From contig NC_042999.1 in NCBI RefSeq assembly GCF_006345805.1, positions 102,114,001 to 102,178,000 on the forward strand: a stretch of DNA of 64,000 nucleotides. The letters run 5' to 3'. The position numbers and the translations under genes are program-made. The stretch is from Octopus sinensis. Its lineage: Eukaryota. This document shows, piece by piece, positions 23,925-36,120 of this stretch (position 1 is its first letter; each line of letters begins with the position of its first letter). The notes beneath the pieces were generated by a model. The model ran no database searches. It was not told the origin of the DNA and was given only the letters and a program-made list of their open reading frames with translations.

Positions 23925-24302
23925 CTTTTACTTTGCGGCCATGCTAGAGAACCATCTTTAGTCGAACTAATCGACCCCAGGACTCATTCTTTGTAAGCAT
24001 AGTACTTATTCTATCAGTTTCTTTGGTTAACCATTTCTTTTACCGAACCGCTAAGTTACGAGGACGTAAACATACCAACATCGGTTGTCAAGCGATGGTG
24101 GGGAGGACAAACACAGACGCACAAATACATACATATATATATATATGATGGGCGTCTTTCAGTTTCCATCTACCAAATCAACTCACAAGGTTTTGGTCGG
24201 CCTGAGGCTATAGTAGAAGACACTTGGCCAAGGTGCCATGCAGTGGGACTGAACCCGGAACCATGTGGTTGGGAAGCAAGCTTCTTACCACACAGCCACT
24301 CC
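23925..24302 (-). mobile_element. SINE family B
   Basis: Near-consensus reverse-complement copy ending GCTTCTTACCACACAGCCACTCCTG. Confidence 0.9.
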
Positions 24303-24814
24303 TGGGAGCGATTAGAATTAATCAACAATATCTTAACGTCTTAAAAATGGTAGCATTAAAAATAAAATACAGAACGGTCTCAACTGGAATCACTTAGATT
24401 ATAAGTCTATTACATCAGAACAAAGTGGAGCTAAACAAATAAAATAAATAAAACATACATAGAAATAAACGCACGCGCTCACACATATACGCACACACCT
24501 AAACCCATAAGAACAAAATACTTTGCATTCCAAGGGGTATTGAGTTCAGCCTTGCAATTGTGGATTCCCTAATCATTTAATAAGGTATATATCTAATATT
24601 CCAGCATGGCCACAGTCAAATGACTGAAACAAGTAGAAGAAATAAAAGAATGCCCGCTTTACGGAAGCACGTAACATGCATGCAATACTGCAACGCGAAA
24701 AAGATTTCAAATTGACTTCTATGTAACATAAGAAACCGTCGGGCAAGTAAGTTTCGGAATCTCACACGACAAAGTTTGGAATGACTTTGATCATTGGTCT
24801 GCTCAGTCAGAACT

Positions 24815-25160
24815 GACCCGTGGCTGTGTGGTAAGAAGTTTGCTTCCCAGCCACTTGGTTCCAGGTTCAGTCTAACTGCGTGGGCAAAATGTCTTCTACT
24901 ATAGCCTCGAGCCGACCAATTGCATTGTGAGTGAATCTGGTAGATGGAAACTGAAAGAAGCCCGTCGTATGCGCGTGTCCCACCACTGCTTGACAACAGG
25001 TGTCGGTGTGTTTACGTACCCGTAAGCTAGCGGTTCGACACAGGAGAACAATAAAGTACCAGACTTTCAAAAAAATTGTACTGGGGCAGATTCATTCGAC
25101 TAGAAATTCTTCAAGGTCGTGCCCCCGCATGGCCACAGTCTAATGACTGAAGCAAATAAA
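24815..25160 (+). mobile_element. SINE family B
   Basis: CGTGGCTGTGTGGTAAGAAGTTTGCTTCCC head through GCATGGCCACAGTCTAATGACTGAAGC tail. Confidence 0.85.
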
Positions 25161-25197
25161 CGGTAAAAACAACAAAATTTACCGGTCAAGAGAATTT

Positions 25198-25228
<31 letters not shown>

Positions 25229-25715
25229 TGGTCATAACCTATGCAGGTCGTCCCTCAATGGTAGTTTTGTTGCTGATATTGTTTAACACCGAACTAGCTC
25301 TGATCGAACAGACCCTAATCAATTAAGCCAGATTAAGCATTACCTAATATTTCCTTTTCTATTTTTCTTAAGACAGTAAGCTTCGTGATTTGAGGGAGAA
25401 TTAGCTGCTATTTCTAGCAAGAGGAGCAACTCCGAAGAGATTCCCTCGTTGACACGATATTGTTTAGTCTCATGTCAGTCAGCCCTGATCGCGCAGATCC
25501 ATTATCAAATGCATTCCAGCCATGACCATCCATTCATTATGAGGACCACTACACTATCTTGGGGCGTCCTGATATAGATATAGATAGATACACTATCTTA
25601 ATGGACTTCACATTTTTAAGAGAGGAGGCTGTCATTTGAAAGATTTGGCTGCTATTTCTCGCAAGACGAGCGACCATATTGAAGTTTCCTAGTCGCTGTT
25701 ACTTAGACACAGGAC

Positions 25716-25915
25716 GTAGCAGAGCTAGCAAAATCGTAAGCATACCGGACAATATGCTTAGCGGCATTTCTTCCGGCCTTAACGTTCTGAGTTCGAATGC
25801 CGCCGAGCTCGACTTTGCTTTTCTTCCTTCTGGAGTCGATAGAATAAAATATGTTAAGCACTGAAATCGGTGTAATCGTCTAACTCCCCGGCATTGTACC
25901 CATATTAGAAAGGAC
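25716..25915 (+). mobile_element. SINE family A
   Basis: GCAGAGCTAGCAAAATCGTAAGCATACCGG...GAGTTCGAATGCCGCCGAGCTCGACTTTGC. Confidence 0.75.
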
Positions 25916-26301
25916 AACTTAGCGACGGGCTGCTCTGGAAAGACAGACCTATGATCAATGGATATTCCAACCGAGGCTATCACCTCTTTTCCCTATATGA
26001 AAGGAAACCAGACCACATTAATCAACGCTCTTTGCTGTAGACGGTAGTGTGTATGTGATATGGGGACGATTTGGTTGATATTTCTAATAGAGTGTATAAC
26101 CACATAGTGGCACGCTCCCCCATCGTTCCAGTAAGGTGAGGTAAATGCAAACGATTTTTTTTTCCTTAACTTATTGCAGGATCATGGATTGGAGCGAGGG
26201 ATTCTCTACGGATTGAGGTTCTGGGGAAGCACGGATTAGGCGATGTGCTTGTTGAAAGTCAGTTACAGTTGGATGGCAAGTAGATGAAGCAAGGTGTCCT
26301 C

Positions 26302-26332
<31 letters not shown>

Positions 26333-26834
26333 GGGGAGGAATGTGTTGAAGAATATGTGAGTATATATGAATGGATGTGTGGAGGGGAAAGTGTGTGAAT
26401 GTATGATTGTGTGCGAAAATGTGAACAAAAACTGTTTGAATGATATGGGTATGCGTGAGAATGTATATGCATGGTAATGCATGTGTGAATGTATAAGTGT
26501 ATATATGTGTGCACGTATGTATATACGAATAAGTGTGTGATTGCGTATCTGTGATTGTATGACTGTGTGCGTGTCTGCGGGTGGTATAATAGTTTCGACA
26601 TTCGTGTTATATGTGCAATATAAAAAGTTTCATTTTAAGGGTTCAGATTAAAATTTTAGCGGTATATATAAGTAAGTAGGAGGTTAACAGCGTTTATGGT
26701 TAGCTGTCACAGTTAGAGGTAGTAAATGTTTTCACGAAGGGATATTTTGTTTACTAACAATATTTATTTTTCTCAATGTACAATAAACACACGGACAAGT
26801 TGATAGTGCGTTTACCCGACGTAACTTCTTTACC

Positions 26835-27110
26835 GTTAGTAGCCTCGACCCGACAGAAAAAGCAGTCAAATCTCCCCTCAAATGTCATCCTACCGTTTTA
26901 AAATAGAAAGGATAGTATGGGGTAATGTAGTCTTTCATATACAAGATGAGGTGGTTATGACTGGAATGCCTTTGATCGAAAGTTCTGCTCGATCAGATTT
27001 GACCTGGGGCTAAACAAGAAAAATGGAAGGACGTTGTGTAATGTAGTCCCAAAAGATGAGATGGCTACGGTTGGAATGCTTTTCATCCATAAGGTCTGCT
27101 AAATTAAATA
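26835..27110 (+). mobile_element. Abundant short interspersed repeat (family E: TGCTAGAAATAGCAGCCAAATCTCCCTCAAATCACAC...GACCTGGGGCTAAACAAC)
   Basis: Many diverged copies across the window (e.g. 15740-15940, 25260-25700 minus, 27510-27680, 44870-44990, 48780-48950, 51380-51570, 51600-51900). Confidence 0.6.
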
Positions 27111-27139
27111 ATCGAAAAAGGAGCTGCGTTTCGTGTCAC

Positions 27140-27500
27140 GCCACCGACACTGCATTTGTGTCTCTGACGTTCAGACTACTTTCGCTGAATCATCTACCCA
27201 ACTGTAAATAGGTACCATGCTGCGTCGTGTATATGGTTCCTCACTGCATCACAGCGAGATAACATCATTCATGAATGCCTGTTTGTTTTTTCCTCGTTAT
27301 TTACAAAGCAGGGTGCCGGAGCACTCATTCCAGCGTATCAACCGAAATCTTCGGTGGTTTATGGCCCATCAACATGATGTTTGGATATATAAGGAAAGAA
27401 TTTTAATAAGGAGGGTTATAAGTATCGCAAGTTGCAGCAGCTTGGAATTGAAACCAAGTCTTATACTTCTCTACTTCTCACAGCTCACCAATATCTAATG
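27140..27500 (-). mobile_element. Degraded CR1-like RT C-terminal fragment
   Basis: Minus-strand sequence aligns by eye to the CR1 'F..K..L.YK..VRP.LEYA..VW.P' region, with frameshifts. Confidence 0.4.
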
Positions 27501-27871
27501 TGGAAACCACTTTGTAGTCGTCAAATCTGCTAGAAATAACAGCCAAATCGCCAGGAAATAAACTACCGTCTTGAATAAGGAAAAAACTTAGACAATGTAA
27601 TTCTAAAAAGATGGAATGGTGATGGTTAGAATTGTGCCTTTACATCTTGCTCGATTAGGGCTGACCTGGGGCCAAACAATAACACTGGCTTCTCAACGCA
27701 ACTGTATGTACAAGCTTTGCAGACAGAAAAACTAAAGAAGCCTTAGGAATTGTTTGTAACAGAACAGAAAACAGTGTAATGATACGTTCACATTGATGGA
27801 TTAATTTACAGGCAGATAAAACACACACAAACATACACACACATTTCATATATATATATATATATATATAG

Positions 27872-28080
27872 AGGCGCAATGGCCTAGTGGTTAGGGCAGC
27901 GGACTCGCGGTCGCAGGATCGCGGTTTCGATTCTCAGACTGGGCGTTGTGTGTGTTTATTGAGCGAAAACACCTAAAAGCTCTACGAGGCTCCGGCAGGG
28001 GGTGGTGACCCCTGCTGTACTCTTTCACCACAATGGCGGTGCCCCAGCATGGCCACAGCTCAAGAGCTGAAACTGGAAAA
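27872..28080 (+). mobile_element. tRNA-derived SINE, family D head joined to a family B tail
   Basis: GGCGCAATGGCCTAGTGGTTAGGGCAGCGGACTCGCGG...GGTTTCGATTCTCAG head, then AATGGCGGTGCCCCAGCATGGCCACAG tail. Confidence 0.75.
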
Positions 28081-28113
28081 AACAAAACATATATATATAT
28101 ATATATATATTAA

Positions 28114-28195
28114 TAATATCTAGCAGACGTAACAGAGTGACTCGAGGTCCAACGTACGGACCTTGAGTTACTCTTGTTACTTAGGCTAAATATTA
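28114..28195 (+). ncRNA. Candidate pri-miRNA-like hairpin
   Basis: 22-bp upper stem (28129-28150 / 28158-28180) with two G-U pairs and one bulged U, 7-nt loop, and an ~11-bp imperfect lower stem. Structure only; no expression evidence. Confidence 0.4.
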
Positions 28196-29992
28196 ATAAA
28201 AAATATACATATTCCCATATTTTAAGGTCTATTTTCCCTATTTGCCTCAACATAACTATATATATGTATATATACATATATATGTGTATATATTGAACAG
28301 TATACGTAAGCGCTTTCGTAAACACACGACTAAAGAGTGAACTCTCGATACAACTATGTATACAAAAAGGTAGCAACAAGAGTTTGAAAGGTATTTAGCT
28401 AATTTGAACTGAATGCAAATAACATGAAAATATCAGCAACATATGTATCCTTACAGAATAATACATGGATTATGTACATATTTTATATGTATCTTTTGTG
28501 TTCTTTTACTAACCGTGTATATAGATACAAACGCTTCACAACACCCTCCTCTTTCATATTGAACACAACAAGGATATGTAAATACCCGGATTTCACTGAC
28601 ACACCACTCACTTTTGCTGTGACGTGTGTGTATGTGTTTATGAGTGTATATATGTGTGTATTAAAATAAATATATGCATAATATATAGATACACAATACA
28701 TAGTCTGCTATATCATAGATACATAAATTATATATATATATATGTATATATATATATAGATATAGATAGATAGATAGATAGATAGATATAGATATATCAT
28801 ACGTGTGTTTGTGTGTGTATGTATGTGTGTGTTTTGTAAAGTTGAAACAAAGATTAAAATCAACTTACCAGCAAACAAATGGCCAACAACAACGAATACA
28901 TTTTTTTTCGTTTTGTTTTCGCTTTGTTGTTTGTTCTTATTAAGGACGTATTATTTCTTTTTAAGAGTGCTCCGTGTTCGTTTGGGTAGGTGTGTAACAG
29001 AGGTATGTATGTGTGTGTACAGAGTTGATCTGTTTCAAAAGCTGGGACTTTCTGCACCGGTGGAAATTGTCCCAGTCTTGACTTCACGGCTTAGTGAAGA
29101 AAGAAACCAACACTACGTTTGTACATATGTTTGTATGCCTCATATTATATATGTTATGTATAATATACACGTCTGTAAGTATGCGTTATAGCTTTGTATA
29201 CAGGCATGTATTAACGTATATTATTAACCATTAAAGGTTGTTGTGTTATTGTTATTATTTGCTTCTTATTCTCCTTTTTTATTTTTACCCCCTTTTTTCT
29301 GTTTTTTTTAATCCCCTTTTCCCCCCCTCGAAAAAGTGAAGCTAAACCTCTAGCGGCAATAAAGTTTGCCCAGGAAAGAAATGAAAGCGCAGCCGACCCA
29401 AAACTCTCCCTCCTCAATGACTAGGCGGAGAGATAACGACAGACTGACAGGAACAGACAGAAATATATACGGAGAGAGAGAAACACACATAGAAAACAAG
29501 AGAGAGAGAGAGAGGCGCTTTGAGAAAGACAGAAAGAAACAGCTAGATTCAAAGAGATTGAGTGATAGATAGATAAAAACTAAGAGAGAAAGATAGATAG
29601 AGAGAGTAAAAGTGAATAAGAGAGTGTGTAGAAGAGAGTACTTTTATTTCTTTAGCCGTTTATGACTTTTATTTATTTTTATTTTTTTCACAACACACCG
29701 CAAACTATTCTCTTCTCGTCTCTTCGCTTCTCTCAAACTCTTTCATCTAATGTTTTTTTTCTCTTTCTCTTTCTTGTTTGTTTCCTTCCGCTCTTTCTAC
29801 TTTCTTCCACTCTTTCTATTGCACATTTTCCTTTGCGATCTCCCTTATACACACACACACACACACAAACACGCCGCGCGCACACAAACGCACATACACA
29901 CAATCTTTATTAGCTGGAAATTTTAGAGTTACTCAAGAACCTAGAGTTTCATTCCAAGTCCACCACCACATGCGTGCGTAGATACATGGTGT

Positions 29993-30028
<36 letters not shown>

Positions 30029-30149
30029 CACACACATGTATTTATGAATGGATGCATGTATGTATATATTCAAGTATGTGTGTGTCTGTGTGTGTTTATG
30101 TATATTTTGCTTCACAGCTCTTACCTCGTTTAAAAATCTAACTGTACGA

Positions 30150-30450
30150 TGCAGGCATGGCTGTGTGGTAAATAAGTTCGCTTTACAACATCTGGGTTTC
30201 ATGTTCAATCCCAGAGCCCGTGATACCACGGGATGAGATTCTTCTTATGCCTTATGAATGAAATTTGGTAGAACGGAAATGGTAACGAAATCGGACCTAC
30301 ATATATATATATATATACATATGTATACGTGTACGCATGTATGTATTGTTTGTGTAAACATATGTGCATGTCTATGCTTATTTTGTTTATACCCCGTAAC
30401 TTAGCAGTTAGGCGGCCACTAGAGCCGATAGCATAATCACTAGATTTGAA
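30150..30450 (+). mobile_element. SINE family B
   Basis: GCAGGCATGGCTGTGTGGTAAATAAGTTCGC head, internal TA tract, CCCCGTAACTTAGCAG body. Confidence 0.7.
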
Positions 30451-30559
30451 AATAAGTACAGCGGTCAAACATGACCGGTGTCCAAGTATAGCTACAGCCC
30501 AGACCCTGGCGCTAGAAAAAGAACAATAGCCATGTAACTATGCACGTGCTGTTGGTGAT

Positions 30560-30670
30560 ATATTTCCCTCTCTGAACTTTTCTGGTTTCCTTTCCTGATG
30601 AAGAGCTATGCTCGAAACGTCAAAAGCTCTCTCTTTTTACCGAGCGTCAAACCAATACATTCCATGTGCA
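30560..30670 (+). ncRNA. Minimal type-I hammerhead ribozyme motif in a Penelope/retrozyme-like short repeat
   Basis: CUGAUGA (30595-30601) + extra A + stem II GAGC-UAU-GCUC + GAAA + CGUC (predicted cleavage after 30621). 4-bp stem I CUUU/AAAG. Flanks are homologous to 45780-45895. Confidence 0.6.
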
Positions 30671-31399
30671 CGTCCTCTTGTTTTGTTATTGTTAGTTTTA
30701 ATGTTCAATTTGACTGTGTGTGTGTGTTGTGTGTGTGTGTATACATATATGTTTGTGTGTGAGTATGTGTGTGTATTCCTTACCACCGCTTGACAATCGG
30801 TGTTGGTATATTTATGTCTCCGCAACTTAGCGGTTCGGCAGAAGAGACCGATAGATTAAGTACCAGACTTCAAAAAATAAGTACCGAGATCGATCTGTTC
30901 CACTAAATCCTTCAACTGAATTTCTGGATTGCTTAACAATTTCTGTCAACGAAACGTGAGTTATAAGTGTTGGGTTGGCCCGAAGTTATCGTAAAGGGTG
31001 GACTCGAACTCGAGGCCTCATAGTGGCAAAAAGAACTCCTTAATCGCTCAGACTTACTTGCGCTCGCGTGCACACACACACATACACACACACACAAGCG
31101 CGCACATACACATAGACAGAAAGAGAGAGAGGGGGAGAGAGAGAGAGGAAAGGGAGAGAGCGATAGGCATGATTAATCTGTAGAGCAAATAAAGTGTATT
31201 TATATTTGTGATATTTGAACTGTTTCTGTATCTCAACAGACTTTCTTTACAGTCCCGCTAATGAAGGTATCACATGTCCATATACTTCTATGAAAGACCG
31301 ACTGCTAGAAATACGATTGTGTTGATGAAGGTATAGATATACTATGTGTTTATTTGAATATGTTGCTTCAACTGTCACTTTGTCATGACTGTATGCATT

Positions 31400-31491
31400 C
31401 TTTTATTCTTTTACTTGTTTCAGTCATTTGACTGCAGCCATGCTGGAGCACCGCCTTTAGTCGAGCAAATCGACACTAGGACTTATTCTTT

Positions 31492-31568
<77 letters not shown>

Positions 31569-31686
31569 GATGAGCTTCTTTCAGTTTCCACCCAAATTCA
31601 CTTATCAGGCTTTGGTCGGTCCGAGGCTATAGCAGAAGACACTTGCCCAAGGTGCGCCACGCAGTGGGACTGAACCCGAACCATGT

Positions 31687-31690
<4 letters not shown>
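31400..31690 (-). mobile_element. SINE family B with internal (CA)n(TA)n
   Basis: Reverse-complement tail TTTTACTTGTTTCAGTCATTTGACTGCAGCC and head GACACTTGCCCAAGGTGCGCCACGCAGTGGGACTGAACCC. Confidence 0.85.
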
Positions 31691-31764
<74 letters not shown>

Positions 31765-31779
31765 GGGGGGGTGTAAGCA

Positions 31780-32627
31780 TTGAGGCGAGTCAAAAGTTTT
31801 GCAATATTTGCATACGTGCTCGTTTGTTACCTTTATATCACGTGACTGAAGCCGTTGAAGGTACTCGCTGAGGTTGATAGTATCATGATAATTGGTGCGT
31901 TGACATGTATGTGACTTGGAAGCCAAACAGATGAACGTGCATCGTAGCCTAATTCGAGAGCTTATGTTTTACGAGTTCCACCAGGGCCATAATGCAACGG
32001 AAGCAACCAAAAACATTTGTTGTGCGAAAGATGACGGCGCAGTTGACTACAGTACAATAACCTAATGGTTCAAAACCTCGGCAATCAGGCAATGTCAGGT
32101 GGGCCTAAAACTGTGGTTTCCGAGGCCGTGCTCCAAACCATAGAAACAAATCCAGCACTAACACTCGGGGAGTATCAGGCGAGCTCGGCATCTCACGCAT
32201 GTATCTCACAAAAACAAACGGCATTCGTTAACAGAAATTGAGTTCTTCAACAGTAAGACAACGCAGGACTTTATACTGCTCCAGCAACCCAGAATAAACT
32301 CCAGGAGCTTGAGAGAATCGAACTGATGCCTCACTTTGCATATAGTCCGGACCTAGTTCCCAACGATTATTATCTGCTCCAATCCTTGGCTCACCTCCTG
32401 CACTCGCGACGCTTCATCAATGAAGAGGAAATGCAAGCTTGAGTGAAGGAGTTCTTCGCCATGAAGGACAAGAAATGGTATCAGCATAGGATCAAAGAAC
32501 TGGAAGAAAGGTGGCTTCAGCCGGTGAAACGCAATAGCCTCTTCACTGAATGCGAGACTGCTTTTGTTGTAACGATCTATAAAACTAAAAGTTAACAAAG
32601 TATTGCAAAATTTTCGACTTAACGCAA
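31780..32627 (+). mobile_element. Mariner element, internally deleted
   Basis: 27-bp TIRs, 21/27 match (TTGAGGCGAGTCAAAAGTTTTGCAATA / TATTGCAAAATTTTCGACTTAACGCAA). N-terminal MNVHRSLIRELMFYEFHQGHNATEATKNIC from ATG 31931. C-terminal PHFAYSPDLVPNDYYLLQSL (YSPDL motif). Confidence 0.85.
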
Positions 32628-32690
32628 TATATATATTATATATATATATAATATATTATATATATATATATTATATATATATATATATAT

Positions 32691-33154
32691 ATGAATGTCT
32701 GAGGGCTATGGTTGGTGTGACATGGATGGAGAGGATTAGGAATGAGGAGGTGCGAAGGCGAGCAGGAATGAGAGAAAAACTAACAACCAAAATGGATAGA
32801 CGAATGTTGAGGTGGTGTGGCCACATGGAGTGGATGGATGGAGTGAGGAAAGCTTTAGTGACTAGAGGTGTTAGTGAGAGAGACAAGAGAATTTATAAAT
32901 GGTAGGAAAGCTTTGAGAGTGTTTGTGAACGGATGAGTGAATTTGATGTTGCTCAAAGGGTACGGAACTAGGATGATGCAGCGGAATTAAACCAGTATAT
33001 GCTGTCGGGCCCCACTACTGATATTGGGGGTTGCGTACTATGCTTTGACCCGAGCATAGAACAGGGCTCGCCTCTTTGGGCTGAGAAATGAATGGAATAC
33101 CTGGTATGTGTCTTGTTGTGGCCACCCCTCCTACAAGAATGGGAAATAGGCCTG

Positions 33155-33157
<3 letters not shown>
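32691..33157 (+). mobile_element. RTE-clade LINE 3' fragment
   Basis: ECLRAMVGVTWMERIRNEEVRRRAG..RRMLRWCGHMEWM matches the RTE C-terminus, followed by a UTR-like tail and (TA)n. Confidence 0.8.
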
Positions 33158-33190
<33 letters not shown>

Positions 33191-33194
<4 letters not shown>

Positions 33195-33457
33195 GTCGTC
33201 AAGTATGAAATTTTTAGAAAAGAAAAATAAGTTTGTTAATGTTTTATAAATACAAGGAATAGTTTTATTCATCAAAGTGTACACCCATATTGTGAATACA
33301 CTTTTGCCATTTCAGTGGTAGCTTGTCCAGTCCGGAACTGTAAAATCCTGGCAATCTAGAGTCAATAAAATCTTGGAAGGCCTGTTTTACAGCTTCGTCG
33401 AAATTAAATTTGTTTCCTATCAAAAAGTCAGCCGAATTCTGGAAAAAGTGGTAGTCA
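33191..33457 (-). mobile_element. Mariner 3' end fragment
   Basis: DYHFFQNSADFLIGNKF..VKQAFQDFIDSRLPGFYSSGLDKLPLKWQKCIHNMGVHFDE. Terminus TTAGGTCGTCAAGTATGAAAT adjacent to TA. Confidence 0.85.
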
Positions 33458-33887
33458 TTGGTATATATATACTCAATGGACCAATTGAGTAAACCACTCA
33501 ATGAACGAACCTATAATGACTATCAAAACAGTCGAAAGAGCTGAACGTCGAATCTACTACAATATAAGAGTATATAATAACCATTATTTATACATTGGCT
33601 TGTGTGTGTGTGTGGTGTGTGTGTTGTGTGTGTGTGTGTGTGTGCGTGTGTGTGTGTGTTAATGCCACATCGCCCGAAGAAATGAACCCATGAATATGAA
33701 CCCGATGTCCATGGACACTACAGACTGTATCGTAATCATCCCAGGAATACAGACTATGATCGTAAGAAACATATGATTTGTAGAAATGTGCGTAGCGATG
33801 CGTTAAAATATTTATAAATTCCATCCACAGATTATTATTATTATTATTATTGTTGTTGTTGTTGTTGTTGTTGTTTTTATTATTACC

Positions 33888-33945
<58 letters not shown>

Positions 33946-34111
33946 TATAAAAGAAGATAACTGTGAACAAGTTTCGGTAAAATTGGAGCTCATCAGCTAA
34001 ATGTAGTTTATTTAAGCTAATCCAAGCGGCTATGCTCGTATTATAAATGGTATAAGGTAAGGGGAAAATTTCAGTGAGCCAATGGCATGAATTAACTTAC
34101 GTTTTAATTCA

Positions 34112-34202
<91 letters not shown>

Positions 34203-34223
34203 GTGTATATATATATATGTGTG

Positions 34224-34256
<33 letters not shown>

Positions 34257-34560
34257 TGTAAATGTAATAGGTGACAATTATTCGGTAGCCATGATAAAAC
34301 TCCGAGTTTCGGATGTCATATGAATTAATCTCAAATTTTATTTAATTTGCTTTGCGGGAACAACTGTGTTATCGAAAGTATATATTGTTGTTAAATGCTC
34401 GAAATACGAGAGTAGAAAAACAGCCAACAACTGATGAAGGGTCTTTCTTTGTGTTGCTTGTATCGTTTTTCATTTGTGTCTTTCGTTGTTCGAAAAAATA
34501 TTTCATATTCCATGTACTCGTACTTTTTGTTGTACACGTTTCGTGACGTCCTGTGTCCAC

Positions 34561-34566
34561 ATATGC

Positions 34567-34639
<73 letters not shown>

Positions 34640-34709
34640 ATTTTGATTTTTCCAGTTTCAGCTAATGAGCTGTGGCCATGCTGGGGCACCGCCATATATA
34701 TATATATAC

Positions 34710-34762
<53 letters not shown>

Positions 34763-34890
34763 TATATATATATATAGATATATATATATATATATATATA
34801 TATACGTATATATATATATATATATATATATACGTATAGTTGTAAGTATGTACATATAACGTATGTATATATGCATATATATATATATAT

Positions 34891-34988
<98 letters not shown>

Positions 34989-34990
34989 TC
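34561..34990. repeat. (TA)n microsatellite field, interrupted by a SINE family B tail
   Basis: Near-pure TA dinucleotide arrays, with a SINE tail at ~34645-34695. Confidence 0.95.
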
Positions 34991-35165
34991 TTGGCTCTAT
35001 TGTTAAGAAACTCGCTTTGACAACACGTGGTTTCGGGTTCCATCTCACTGCACGATACCTTGGACATGTATATTCTACTATAGCCCCTTTCAAACCAATG
35101 CCTTGTGAGTAATTTGGTAGACAGAGACTTTAGAAAACCGCCATGAGTGTGTGTGTGTATGTGTG

Positions 35166-35224
<59 letters not shown>

Positions 35225-35869
35225 CGTACAGAGAGAGAAAGAGAGATATGGGAATATTAAAACAATTCGTGAAAGAAGACAAACGCACACATGTACATAA
35301 ACATATCCTCTTTCAAAATTTGCTTTCATTCTCTCCTCCCCACCCTCTGTCTCTTCATCTCTCCCCCTTTCTTTCTGCATTTTTCTTTCTACACATGTTC
35401 TTCAATTTCTCGGCATCTCCTCTCGCAGCCTGTCATCTAATCTATCTTGTAATAACCACACATAAGGGTTTGTTCATGTGGGGGATAACATAAACATGAT
35501 ATCTTAAATATATATGGATCGTTTCATACCCGAAGGTTTTCGTCGCTCACAAACCAAGAACGTGAATATTCTTGTTACATCGAAAAATTACCACCGTACA
35601 TTTTATTTAACTGATCAAGGAGGAGGAATGGGAACAAATTATTGGAGTAGTTATGAAGAGGTGTTATGCAAATGAGAGAAGTTTAATTTTACTTTAAGCC
35701 AATAAATATTTTTCTTTTAAACAATTAGTATTCGTTTCATCATTTTAGTATGAGTACCAAAAAACTAATTTAAACTATAATTAATATCTGTATGCCATAT
35801 TTCCTGATATTAACCCTGGTGGCAAAAGAAGACTTACCAAATTTAACTGTCATACGACAGGTATCACTC

Positions 35870-36120
35870 TAGTACACACGCTATACGTATAAATGCGCTG
35901 ATGGTTGTGTTTGTGGTGGGACAAACACAGATGCAAAGAAACATACACACACATATATACAACGGGTTTCTACACAGTTTCCGTCTACCAAATTCGCTCT
36001 CAAGGCTGTAGTTGAGTTAGCCTGAGGCTATTGTAGAAGAAATTTGCTCAAGGTGTTCCGAGGTGGGACTGAACCCGAAACCAAGTGGTTGCAAAGTCTT
36101 AACTACACAGTCATGTCTGA
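35870..36120 (-). mobile_element. SINE family B, partial
   Basis: TTTCCGTCTACCAAATTC...GGTGGGACTGAACCCGAAACC reverse-complement head. Confidence 0.7.

Noticed and set aside
27872-27945. tRNA-like sequence with A and B boxes (also the heads of SINE families A-C)
   Set aside because: No complete cloverleaf or acceptor stem, and each continues into a SINE body; these are SINE heads, not tRNA genes.
29039-29079. CTGGGAC...GTCCCAG hairpin
   Set aside because: Only about 17 bp with bulges; too short for a pre-miRNA and no match to a miRNA I recognise.
34431-34460. CTGATGAAGGG hammerhead-like box
   Set aside because: No downstream stem II/GAAA on the same strand.
34369-35067. 232-aa ORF (longest in the track)
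   Set aside because: Translation of (TA)n (IYIYIY) plus SINE pieces; no coding signal.
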